DNA of 64,000 bases from Neodothiora populina (Eukaryota), in the NCBI RefSeq assembly GCF_041146345.1, contig NW_027191402.1, positions 930,001 through 994,000 of the forward strand, in the 5' to 3' direction. Positions within the stretch are counted from its first letter, which is position 1. Every line of letters starts with the position of its first letter. The notes under the pieces were generated by a model. It made no database searches. It saw nothing but the letters and a program-made list of their open reading frames with translations, and was not told where the DNA came from. Below, in pieces: positions 49,576 through 61,913 of this stretch. The position numbers were made by a program, and so were the translations under genes.

Positions 49576-51370
49576 TTTCCTTTGGATCTTCCGGATCTGC
49601 TACTGGATTTCTTTCAATAAGTCACGCGGAAGTCGAAGTGGCTATCTCTTGTCCACAGTCCTATCTTGTTCACAAGCAGTATGTCTAGAGTGGGAGAAAT
49701 ATTGCAACCCAATGGAGAGAAATTTTTGGAAATGGAAGTTTTAGTATTACAAAGAAATGTTTCAAAGACGCCTTGCGGATATTGGATCCCTTTTTAGTAT
49801 TTACAATTGCTTCACTCGGGATGTCTGTAGGGTGGCCCAGCCATGACCACCTTTCTCTCGACCAGAAAACTTTCGATTGAATTATGCTATCATTGATGAG
49901 TACAAATGTATGACGTGGGTGTTTATCGACCTCCGCCACAAGCCGAGTATCCGAAACCTCGGGTTATGCTGATGTTATAGATAAACTCGACTTTTACGGC
50001 CGAGGTATAATTGACACTGCATTATCGTCATTATCTCAAGATAGTTGTATATTTGTTGTAAAACCCTTACTGCCCTACCAGAATCCAACTTAATCTTCAC
50101 GAACAGCCTGCGTCAATTATCCAATACGCAATGTGTTGCAGACAAAGCAACAGCTGAAAGCCGAAAGCGCAAACGGATAGCGGACAGCAGCGGACATTCG
50201 GTTTACCCGGTCAGTTTATCACAGCGTCATTCCACACGACACTTACGAGCCAAAGTCCACTCGGTCGTCGCAATAAAGTCCCACGATCCGAAAAGTACAT
50301 ACAGACAGAGGGAACTTTTGCAGTATCTTACTCATCAAAAGAGGCCATAAGCACGATCGCTCGCCTCCCCGTCCCGGATAGAGTGTATCCGAGACGCTAA
50401 GATAGCGATCCGTTCCTCGTTGGACCAAAACCTAAACGTAAGGTAAGGTACTGTGCCTTAGTTTACTTTTCCTCTGGTTGGGGAGGATAACGCCAGAAAA
50501 ACTGCTTACGTGCTTGAAGTGGTGAGGTGGTTCGCCAAGATCTTAAGCCGACGACATCGACATCGACTCCTCACTGACATGACAAGATGCCGTCCGTACC
50601 TATGCAAAAATAATGCATTCCGGCTTCATCTCTACCTTGCCTTCACTTAAACGACGGGGAGTATGGCGGCGCTCTGGTTCTTGGGTATCGAACGAGTGGC
50701 TCTCGTGGTGTGTCAATCCGGCTGGCCCGGAGATTCATTTTTTCCTTTTTGTCCACTCTCGCACATAACTACATCTTCAGGCTTCAATGCAATAACCCTC
50801 TCGTATCGAAGCAAGAGAAAATCAAAACTTCTGCCAAGACATGTAGTACTATGTGTGATTCGCTTTTCGCGGGGTAGAACTGCGAAGTGGTTGATATGGC
50901 GGTGAGAGAGATTTCGAGAAAATTCGAAAGAGTGAGATTAGAGTACTTGTGAAGGATAATGCGGCTGCTCCGTCTGTCGCGGGTAATCAGATCTACATTT
51001 GATCGTCTCTTGATCTTCTCGTTTGTGCGGCGAAACAACATACAAGAAGGAAAAGAAGAAGAGAATGAAGTGATGGTCAAAAATCAAATGAACGTAGTTG
51101 GGTATATACATTGAAAACTAAGTACAAGAATAATAAATACAAACGGATATATCATCAAATGGACTCCCCGGAGCTCATCACCAGGCCCATATGCTTTTTG
51201 TGCAAGACGAGAAAACATTGCTATGAAATGATAGAAGAAACACAAAACTATACGCCATTTTCGAGGGCTTTCTGTTGTACACATGCCCACACAGTCGTCC
51301 CTTTTCACCATCGGATCCACACATGAATAAATCAACTCCTTGAACCTTTTCCTTTTTTTGTCCTTCCCAA

Positions 51371-54300
51371 TTAAGGTGCCATCACAAGAGCCAAAAGGGC
51401 CATGCGTACGTACATGCCGTACTTCATCTGCAAAGAAAGTCAGTGGAATGGTCAAAAGATAGAAATGGGAAAAGGCACCCACCTGTCTGAAGTAAGCGCA
51501 TCGGGGGTCGTCGTCGACCTCGGCACTCAACTCCATGTTTCTGGGCAGAGGATGCATGACAATCATGTTCTTCTTGGCGTGAGTTAAGGTGGCTGCAGAG
51601 ACGATGAGACCGTCCTTGTATTTCTCGTACACTTCCAAGTCATCGAAACGCTCCTTTTGCACACGAGTGCAGTAAAGAACGTCGGTCTTGGCAATAATCT
51701 CAGGGGTCAAAGACTCGCTGACAACGGAGAGTTGACCGCGGGCCTCGAGGCCTGCTCTGACCTTTTCGGGGAGTGCGAGTGCTGCAGGCGAGGCAAGTTG
51801 CACAGTGACATTGTAGTGCTTGAGCAACGCGCAGAGGGAGTGCACAGTACGGCCGTACTTGAGATCACCAGTGAAGGTGATGGTCAAGCCGTTGACAGAC
51901 CCAAGCTCCTCACGCATGGTGTACAGGTCAAGGAATGCCTGAGTAGGGTGCTCGCGGCTGCCGTTGCCGGCGTTGAGGACGGGGTGGTCGGCATACTTGG
52001 CAGCAATGTCGGCAGACTCATCGCTGGGGTGGCGAAGGACGATGGCATCCGCGTACTGGTCAAGAGTACGGACGGTATCCTGCAGAGTCTCGCCCTTTTG
52101 GGTGGACGAGTGAGCCTCGTTGATCATGAGCGTGGCACCGCCGAGACGCTTCATGGCTGCATCGAAAGATCCAGAAGTGCGAGTGGAGGGCTCGTAGAAC
52201 ATGAGCGCGAGGACACGGCCCTTGAGGATATCAAGCGATCCGTCACGCTCCACGCCGAGACGCATTTCCGATGCGATGGTGAGGAGAAGGTGCAGTTCCG
52301 CCTTAGAGAACTGTTGCACGGAAATGATGTCACGACTCTTGAGCGGCGAGTTGTGGAGAAGCTCGGCCAGAGACTTGTTCTGCTTCTTGCGCTGGGTGGG
52401 AGGGCTCATAGGGGTAGATGGCTCGTCGACGAAGCTCTGGAAATCGAGCTTGCTGATCTCGAGGTCGTAGTTGCGGGCGATGGCCTCGATCAACAACTTG
52501 GCGTTCTTGACGTTGGTGACCAGAGGGGTCTGGTAGTCGACGGCCATTCTGCGAGTGCGGTAACCCTTGGACATGTAGTTGGCAGGTCTGCGGAAGCGGT
52601 TGCTTGAGGGCAGGTTAATGTACAAGTCGATGAGGTTGTTGGCAAGGGCATGAGTGAGAGAGTACTCTGCTCTCTGGGTATCATCAGAAAGAGCCTCCAA
52701 GAACTTGCAAGAAACGCCGTGCTCCTCGAGGAAGTCGGCGGTACCTGCAGTTGCGTAGATGTTGTAGCCGAGCTTGTGGAGCTTCTCAACCGAAGGAAGC
52801 ATCTCCATCTTGTCCTTGAACGAACCAATGGACAAAAGAATGTTCTTCTTGGGCAGACGGAATCCAGTGGCGATCAAACCCTTCATGTAGGCTTCGTACT
52901 TGGTGCGACCGAAACAAGCGACCTCACCAGTGGAAGCCATCTCGACACCCATGACGGGATCGGCTCCTGACAGACGGGAGAAGGAGAACTGAGGGACTTT
53001 GATACCGACGTAATCCTTGGGCATGGTGGTTGGGGGGTAAGGCTGGAGAGGGATCTCGGCCATGGCCTTGGTAGCCAACTCGATGAGGTCGACACCAGTG
53101 ACCTTGGAGACAAATGGGAAAGACCTCGAGGCTCTGACGTTGCACTCGATGACCTTGATGTCGTTGTCCTTGGCGATGAACTGGATGTTGTAAGGACCAG
53201 TGATGTTGAGAGCGTGACCAATCTTGCGAGTGGCCTCCTCGATACGTCTGACAGTCTCGGGGTCAAGATCTTGAGGAGGCTGGATCAGGGTGGCATCACC
53301 GGAGTGAACACCAGCGTTCTCGACGTGCTCGGACACAAAGTGGCCAATCATCTTTCCGTTCTGGGCAACGGCATCCATCTCAATCTCCTTTGCGCCTTCA
53401 ATGTACTTGGTGATGACGACAGGGTACTCCTTGGAGACTGCGGCGGCTTGGTTCAGGTAGTTGGCCAAGTCGTGCTCCGAGTAGACAGTGTTCATGGCGG
53501 CACCGGACAAGACATAAGAAGGACGGACGAGCACAGGGTACTTGACCTTGTCACAGAACTCCTTGGCTTCCTCAATGCTGGTAAGCTCCTTCCATTGAGG
53601 CTGGTCGACCTCGATTCTGTCGAGCATGCGAGAGAACTTGTATCTGTTCTCGGCGGTGTCGATCATCTCGGGAGAAGTACCCAGAATCTTGACATTAAGA
53701 CGGTGAAGAGGCAATGAGATGTTGTTAGGGGTCTGTCCACCCATGGACAGAATGACACCGCTAGAGTTCTCTAGCTGGTAAATGTCAAGGACAGTCTCGA
53801 GAGTGATGTTCTCAAAGTACAAACGGTCAGCCTCGTCGTAGTCAGTGGACACAGTCTCGGGGTTGTAGTTGATCATGACAGTCTTGTATCCGTTCTCGCG
53901 GAGGGTACGAATGGTCCTGACAGAGCACCAATCGAACTCTACGGAAGAGCCAATACGGTAAACTCCCGAGCCCAACACCATGACACCATTGTCGTTGAAG
54001 TCGATATCGCTCTCGACGCCATTGTAGGTGGTATACTGTTACGTGTTAGCGACTGCTGCAAGCAAAAAGACATAAAAGGATACACACTAGATAATTCGTA
54101 AAAGCAGGGAACTCAGCAGCGACAGTATCGATTTGCTTGACAACAGGCATGAGCTTGTTGGCGAGTCTGACCTTGCGGACCGTCTGCTCGCTGGTACCCC
54201 AGAAGATGGACAATTGCTTGTCAGAAAATCCAAGCTCCTTGGCTTGACGGAATAGGGTAGGGTCGATGGTGTTGGCGGTCTTGGTGCTCATGAGCTTGCC

Positions 54301-57043
54301 GAACTCGCTGAGGCCCTTGAGCTTGCTCAGGAACCACTTGTCGATCTGGGTCAATTCCCAGATTTTGTCGACGGTGTAACCAGAGTGCATAGCGTTGGCG
54401 ATGGCGAACATGCGCTGATCAGAAGGAGTCTGAAGCTCTTGGTCAATGGACATGAGCGCACTAGTCTCCTGGAAACCCAGGTTGCTGACATCGACAGCAC
54501 GAATAGCCTTCTGGATGGCCTCCTCAAACGTCCTACCGATGCTCATGACCTCGCCGACGGACTTCATAGAAGAGCCGAGGAGTGTCGAGACACGAGTGAA
54601 CTTCTTGAGATCCCATCTAGGGATCTTGACGACGCAGTAGTCGAGAGAAGGCTCGAAACATGCGACGGTGGACTTGGTGACGCTGTTCTTGATCTCGTTC
54701 AATGGGATGTTCAGACCAAGTTTAGCAGCAACGAAAGCGAGGGGATATCCAGTGGCCTTGGAGGCAAGAGCGGACGAACGCGACAGACGTGCGTTGACCT
54801 CGATGATGCAATACTCTCTGGATTCGGGATTCAGAGCGTATTGGATGTTGCACTCTCCGACGACACCAAGATGGCGAATGACGTTGACCGCAGTGGTTCT
54901 GAGCATGTTGTAGTCTTGGTCGGAGAGAGTCTGCGAGGGGGCGACAACGATAGAATCACCAGTGTGGATACCGAGGGGGTCAAAGTTCTCCATGTTACAG
55001 ACAGTGATGCAGTTGTCGTTGCAGTCGCGTACGACCTCGTACTCGATTTCCTTCCAGCCCTTCATACTCTTCTCGACAAGCACCTGGGGACTTGCGGCGA
55101 AAGCCTTGTTGCAGAGCTCACGGAGCTCGGTCTCGTTGTATGCGAAACCACTGCCAAGGCCACCAAGAGCATAGGCTGCACGAACAATGAGAGGGAAACC
55201 AATCTCCTTGCCGGCGTCCATGGCCTCGTCGATGTTGTTTGCAGACCTAGACTTGGCGCACTTTTCACCAATGGAATCCATGGAGCGAGCGAAAAGCTCA
55301 CGGTCCTCGGTGGTGATGATGGTGTTGATGGGAGTACCGAGAACCTTGACGCCGAGAGACTCGAACTCGTCCTTGAGAGCGATTCCGACGGACAGAGCAG
55401 TCTGGCCACCGAAAGTGCAGTAGATGGCGTCGGGCTTCTCCTGCTTGATGACTTTTCTAACAAAGTCGGGGTTGACAGGCAAGAAGTAGACCTTGTCTGC
55501 AAGACCCTTGGATGTTTGGATGGTGGCAATGTTGGGGTTGATGAGGATTGTGTAGATGCCCTCCTCTTTCAGCGCCTTGATGGCCTGAGATCCAGAGTAG
55601 TCAAACTCACCGGCCTGACCGATGGAGAGACCACCACTACCGAGAACAAGAACCTTCTTGACGTGCACTCTGGGGTTGATCTTTTGGTTTTCGGCAATGT
55701 CGCCGCCGGGGAACTTGACGGGCTGGTGCATGAGGCTGGGGTTCTCGATCGTCTTCATGATGGTGTCGATGAAGACATCGAAGAGGAATTCGGTATCCTG
55801 AGGACCAGGAGCGGCTTCGGGGTGGAATTGGACGGAGAAGTAAGGACGGCTGACGTGTCTGATACCCTCGTTGCTGCCATCGTTGGCGTTGACAAAGAGT
55901 TCGGCCCAGTCCTGGGTCAGAGTGCGTGCATCGACGGCATAACCGTGGTTCTGAGAGGTAATGTGACACTTTCCAGAAAGCATGTTTGTGCAAGGGATGT
56001 TGTGGCCACGGTTACCAAACTTCATCTTGAGGGTGCTGGCGCCAGAAGCGCGCGCGAGAAGTTGGTGTCCCAGACAGATACCGAAAATGGGAACCCTGGC
56101 TTCCTTGATGTTTGCCTGGATGTTCTTGACTGTCGTCTCCATCATGGCTGGATCACCGGGACCGTTAGAGATAAACAGACCATCGTACTCCTTTCCTGCG
56201 AGGGCAGGGAAGTCGTAGTCCCAAGGCACTTGGATGACTTCAACGCCTCTCTTCACGAGACATCTCAGCTGGTTGAATTTGAGACCAACATCGACAGTCA
56301 CCACTCTGACCGGACGGCCTGAGGGGTGCTTCAATGCATTTGCTGGATCAGGGGAGTATGTCTTGGGGGCCTTGATGGAGACTGTTTCTTCGGTCAGTGG
56401 CCGGTCACTCGAATTGAGCAACTGGAGTCTTACCATCCGCCACCAGGTTTGTCGAGTTGGGGTTCGACCACTCAATGTCTTCGTATTCGGGCTGCTTGCC
56501 GTTGGTGCAGGTGGTGCCATTGGTCATGGTGATGCCGTTTGTGATGGGGGCGGCGACTGCAGTGCCGGCGACCTGCATCCTCAAACGTCCAAGCATACTT
56601 CCCTGTTCTCGGATCTTCTTGGTCAGGGCTCGCGTGTCGACTCCGCAAATGGCAGGCACGTCCTGTTCCTTAAGCCATTTACCCAATGAAGAGGTGGCCA
56701 AGTGATGCGAGTAGTCCTCGCCGCAGTATGAGGCTACGACAAGACCGGCAATGTGGATCTCGGATGCTTCAAAGTGAGCAGGCACATCTTTGAGGAGAGC
56801 GTCCATCTCCTCCCTTGATGGCACGCCGTAGTTACCGACGAGAGGGTATGTCATGACCAGGATCTGGCCACGGTATGAAGGGTCGGTGACAGACTCAGGG
56901 TAGCCGACCATGCCAGTCTGGAAGACCAGCTCGCCGGCCACGCTCTTCTCTGCACCAAAGGATTTTCCCTCGCAGAAACGGACGACATTGTCTCCGTCTC
57001 TGACCTCGAGGGCGATTAGCTTGTCTTCCGAATGGCCAGCCAT
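51371..57043 (-). CDS. URA2: Pyrimidine-specific glutamine-dependent carbamoyl-phosphate synthetase / aspartate transcarbamylase fusion (CAD-like), about 1837 aa, without a DHOase-like domain
   Basis: Exons 57043-56434, 56381-54088, 54035-51483, 51427-51371; GATase ([13 protein letters not shown]), CPS ([32 protein letters not shown]), MGS-like domain, ATCase ([19 protein letters not shown]). Confidence 0.97.
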
Positions 57044-57237
57044 TGTGAGAATTACTAGGCCAGGGTTGACTATTGCTCGGAAGAGAGGAGAGAGAAGAAG
57101 AAAAAGAAATCGTGTCTCTCCGTACCTGAAAAAAGAATCACCAGAAACTTTTTCCCCACACTTTTTTTTGCGTGACGAAAGGCTTTTGACGTCTTTGCTT
57201 GGCGCGGCGCCTCTCTTTTTCCCTGCAGTACCTTAAT

Positions 57238-57270
57238 TAAAAGTGCAGTAAAAGTGCAGTAAAAGTGCAG
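57238..57270. repeat. Three exact 11-bp tandem repeats upstream of URA2
   Basis: TAAAAGTGCAG x3, about 200 bp upstream of the URA2 ATG. Confidence 0.9.
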
Positions 57271-58318
57271 AAATAAAGTCCCGGAGCTTTGACTTGCAGT
57301 GGAGACGCCATGATCGGCCTGCCAAGCCGTGCCGTCTCTTTTCAGCTGCCACACACTCAGGGGTCGCTTTGGTTCTTGTGGTCTGTTGGAGTCGCTACTT
57401 GTACAGTATCAGCACACTCTCGCTGTCGTTCTAACGAATGAACATTGGTAGACGATTCCATCGAGTGCTTTCCCTGTGTTGATTGGTTCAGAGAGAAGGA
57501 ATGGATGCAGGGTGTCGATCGTGACAGAAAGTTTCTTTGGGTTTTCACTTCGCCGTTACTCAATCGAAACTGTTTTTGCTGCAAAAAGAGGAAGTAGCGG
57601 TGATCGAACCTCACATGCGGAAAGAGCGAGCTCGATGAGTTCTGGCCATCGATCGTTGGGACCCACTCGAGTTTCCCGATAGGACTCTTTCTTTGCTTTC
57701 TCATATCATCTTCAGATCGGGCAAGGTAAGTTGCTGTGTTTACTTACGGCTGATCGGTGAACGTGGAAGCTGTAGCCATCAAGCAAATATGCCGCATTAT
57801 CAAGTACCTCTATACCTCGATATTGACCAAGTCTGCACGTACGGAGCATTTACCTCTCTATATAATAAGAAGGAGCGTGGTCAGACATCTACGAAGCATT
57901 AGAGCTAGATATAGTCACCGAACCTTCACTCTACCTCTACCAAAACTATTTCAGAGCAGTCATCGAGCTCTCATCTGACATTCGAGCGTGCACGCTCTGT
58001 CGTGAAAATTATGCTCAAGAAGATGATTTGCTTTCCAGTCGTTCTCCTCTACATGACATGCTCTATACGCATGCATGCATGCATGCGAAACATGTCTGAG
58101 CGAGTCGCCATAGCTCCCGCCTGTATGCTCAGGGGGTTGATTGACCAGTGCAATATATATTACAATATGGACCATTCCTAGCTCGTATTTACACTGTAAA
58201 GCGGCCCGTCTCTCCACAGTCCGGCTCTTGCTTCAGCATTGATCAGTGCAAAGCTCGAGATCAACTGCACTCCACCTCAACAACTTACTACTTGTACACC
58301 GCCCGCCAAAACATGCAT

Positions 58319-58852
58319 TCAAAACTCCCAGACCCCGCCTCCCTTCACATCATCACTACCAGCCCTGAGACCATGCTCCCCCAGGCAAATCTTGACTCTG
58401 TCCGCAATGACGGTCGGTAGAAGCGTGCCCACGCTCAACAGCGCCTTCGCCTTCATATACGCCGTAAACTTGTCATCGTCAGGTAACAGCCAAGCCACCC
58501 GACCTTTGGCATCTGCATCTCCCGCCCGTATGATTTCGTGCATCTCGTCTGAGGAGAAGCCTTTTCCTATGACCACTGCTTTAGGGATTGAAACAGTGTT
58601 GGTCGCCGAGACTGTGCTGAGGTCTGATGCAGGCGTTATCGACTCGCCGCGTAGTAGCGCTGGAATCTCTAATAATGCGGTTTCGAGCGTGTGACATGCG
58701 TGTATGACTATAGACAGTACTCGAATCAGAACCGAGAAAGAGGGATAGAATGATCACTCGCCACCTTTGTAGTCGGCTCCATCTAGTCCAGCGATGAAAC
58801 TCTTGGCCATCATGGGCGACTTGCCACATAAGACAAGTGGAACCGCAGCCAT
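58319..58852 (-). CDS. Small fungal hypothetical protein (about 158 aa)
   Basis: Exon 1 MAAVPLVLCGKSPMMAKSFIAGLDGADYK(G), intron to 58708 (CTGAT..TAG), exon 2 VIHACHTLETALLEIPALLRG..PKAVVIGKGFS..VAWL..IADRVKICL..GVWEF. Confidence 0.8.
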
Positions 58853-59873
58853 TCTCTTTTTGCTATTCCTCTATCTGAAGGTCTACCTGTTGCAGCAAGG
58901 ATATACGTCGTGTTTCTGCCCAAAGATGGTACAATAACAAATGTGCTAGGCGATGCGGTTTATAACTTGACGAAATCTATTGCAGGTATCTTGGAGATTA
59001 GGCATCTCCGATTTGACCGAGCATCTCGGAGATAATTGCAACAAAAGTAACAGAGTTCACGAGAGACGCTAATTACTGTCGACCGATATCACTCTACAAA
59101 GTACAGCTCAGTCATCACGCTCATTATTACCACTCAAGTCTAGTAGCAGCAACAATTTCATGACGAGTATATACACGCATTCCGCCATGCAAGGGTACCG
59201 TGTCCGAGTTCCGAAGTCCGAAAAGTCATGTTGGGTTGTTTGTCGGGCGGGGTAGAACACAGTGCTCGCCTCGAGCGCGAGAACGAAACACTCAGACATA
59301 TTCTATGCATTCTGTATTTGTGTGTGACTTGCTTATATATCATGTCTAGTGGATCCGTCTCCACTGTCTAATACTCCGCAGATGTGTTGTTTGTGTGAAG
59401 AGGCTTGCGTACGATATGCAGCACCAATAGCAGACTTATATTAAGCACATGAACTTGGAATATTAATACACTGGTTGATCGTCTCCATATGGGGTAAAGC
59501 AAAGCTTCGGGAAGCAGTATCATTGGTCTCGGAGTAGAGTTCACAAATTCGTGATATATTGAATGTTTGTACAAAACCGCCAGAGGACAATCGCTGAGGC
59601 GGTCGCTCGTTTAAAGCTCCATTACGCCGAGAAGTAGAGACCGAGGTGGATATCGTGTCATATGCCGAATACATGCGTCGACTTGTTTCTTGTGGCCCAA
59701 CAAGTGAAAGGTAAGAAGAACCAGCTGCGAAGAAAAAACTCCACCTGGACCCAGTGATGATATTTATAGAAAGTGAGAGAGTCGTGCTTCGTCGTAATTC
59801 GGCGTATGATTTCGTGAAGTCGACTCATCGTCGTGTAAGAAAAAAGGTCGTTATCCATGGGGCTGGTGTTGTT

Positions 59874-61913
59874 TCAATCACTGTCGCTGCTTTCGCCTTC
59901 GTTACCTCCGAGGTATGCGAAATCATGGAGATCAGGAGGGGTCTGCAATTCCTCTTCGTCGTATTCATCCTTGAGTTTCCAGAACGCCGTGGGGCCTGCT
60001 GGACCGTGTACATCGTAGTCTCTGCAGGACATGTCAGTATACAATCAATAAACAGTGTTGTTGAGATTCGGCTTACTTGTCAAACCAATTACCAAGCACA
60101 CCCCGGCCAGATCGAGGGCCGCCTATCTGGACACCCTCACTTCGCCATCTTTCTTCACTGTAAAAAAAACCGTTAGTGTGATGTGCTGAATTATCAAATG
60201 GTGAGTGAGGGTTGGTTCAAGTGCAAAAGAAAAGTATTCCCATGCGGGGAATCGAACCCCGGCCTTGTCGGATCCTCTGAGCAACTGCACATGAAAGCGA
60301 CAAATCCTAGCCGCTAGACCACATGGGAAAGACGATAAAAATAATGTGGATCAAAAGATTAATGAAAGCGAGAAACAGTGTTGCACGTACCCATGGAAGA
60401 TCGACCAAGTGGTCCATCTTATTTCTCCCTGTGGGGTCTGGCGTACGACGCCGCGGATCGCGGAATTCGCATTCGGATCCCAGCTGTTGTGGAGACTCCA
60501 GCTCGTACCTTCAAACCAGACAATGGGATAATCTTTGCCATCTTCTTCGCCAGACTCTTCGATTTTGGTGACACGGAGCTTCAGTTTAATCATTCGGATC
60601 GCTTCTCGCGTATCAATCGGCTCGCGAGGCTCTCCCTGCGCCGGCGGAGGTCGTGCAAAGTTGAAAGCATAAAAATCATGGTAATCTAGATTTGTCAGTC
60701 TTGTGCAGTAGTGCCGCCTTTTGCGATTCTGGCATACCTAAGAAGCATACAACCTATTCCACAGTCAGACATCGTTTGCGAGAATGGACTCTTGTTGTTT
60801 TGCTTACCCTCATCCACGTGCCGGATATGCCGTATGGGTCGAGTTCATCCAGTCGCCGTTGCTCGTCCAATCCTGCAGTGATGGATGGTGCTCTGAACTT
60901 TTCGACGTTTACCGCTGTCCTGTCGAAACAACTGTCTGGTTGCGAAACGTAGCTGTCCTTCTGGGCGCCGATCCACGGCTTTTCCCACATTGGGTCAATC
61001 TCGAACTGGGCACGTTCAAGGAACATGCGCAAGTTGTATCCTAGCACGACCATGATGGCCTCCATTTTCTCCCAGTCCACATCTTGGGTTCCATCGCTCT
61101 TGAATGGACCCCAGAAGCTACCTGCGGAGTATTGCCGGAGATCGTAAACCTTGGAGCGAGCATAGGAGTTTGTTGGTATGCTTATCATTTGCGATCGAGT
61201 TCTTCGGCCTTCGCATTCGAGATTAGATGGACGTGCAGGGGAAAGCGCGCGGTGTGAGGTCCGCCCTTCAATGTCGTCTCGCAGATATGAAGAAGAGCTG
61301 GGACAGTCGATTGGTACGCCGTATAAGCAATGGAGCTGTGCAGATACTTGTCGCAGAGCTTCGGTCGCTGCAGGTTTTTGTGTAGAGGAGCCAGCATGTT
61401 TGAATAGACTTGATGCAGCAAGGAAGGCGTCAACGTTCTTTTTGGACTTAAAGTACGGCTCAAGCAGAGGTATGTTAGATTGACACTTTGTCGTCTTCAT
61501 CATTGTAATTATGACATTTGCGACAATGTCAAGGTTGTTGCGCTGCGCCCGTACATGTCAGTATCTTGTTCAGCTTGACATTCGATCATCACAAGCTCAC
61601 CTTTAGCTCCATGTTGTCACTTTTTAATAGTCTCAGCATTTTTATCACATTTCGTACTTCAGTCTCCCAGTCACGGTCTTGAGATTCAGGCGGGCAGCCC
61701 TTAGACATCTGTCAGTACATACAATGACGGATAGACATGAGAGACAAATCATACCAGATTCTCAATGTATACATCCTTAAATAACAGCTTGTTATCGGCA
61801 ATGTATGATTTGAATGGAGAGCAAGTGTTGCTCAAAGAGGGTAGGTCTTTGGGGCTAACATATTTGAGGATATTGTGGAGCACCTCCGCGCTCATGTCAG
61901 ATAGGGATGTCAT
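59874..61913 (-). CDS. F-box domain protein (fungal family with YDLR / DWE / WRSEGVQIGG / GPAGPTAFWK motifs)
   Basis: MTSLSDMSAEVLHNILKYVSPKDLPSLSNTC F-box; seven exons including 16-nt micro-exon 60753-60738 and exons 60157-60077 and 60021-59874. Confidence 0.9.
60237..60328 (-). tRNA. tRNA-Glu(UUC) with 20-nt intron, nested in an intron of the F-box gene
   Basis: Exons identical to the 43447-43538 copy; intron TGTGCAGTTGCTCAGAGGAT; followed by TTTTCTTTT terminator-like run. Confidence 0.96.

Noticed and set aside
51084..51370. Hydrophobic C-terminal tail on the URA2 ORF
   Set aside because: Artefact of reading through intron 51482-51428; the spliced end [18 protein letters not shown] matches ATCase C-termini.
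54385..56322. 645-aa + strand ORF, and the 316-aa ORF at 51657-52607
   Set aside because: Antisense shadows of the strongly codon-biased URA2 gene; no recognisable motifs.
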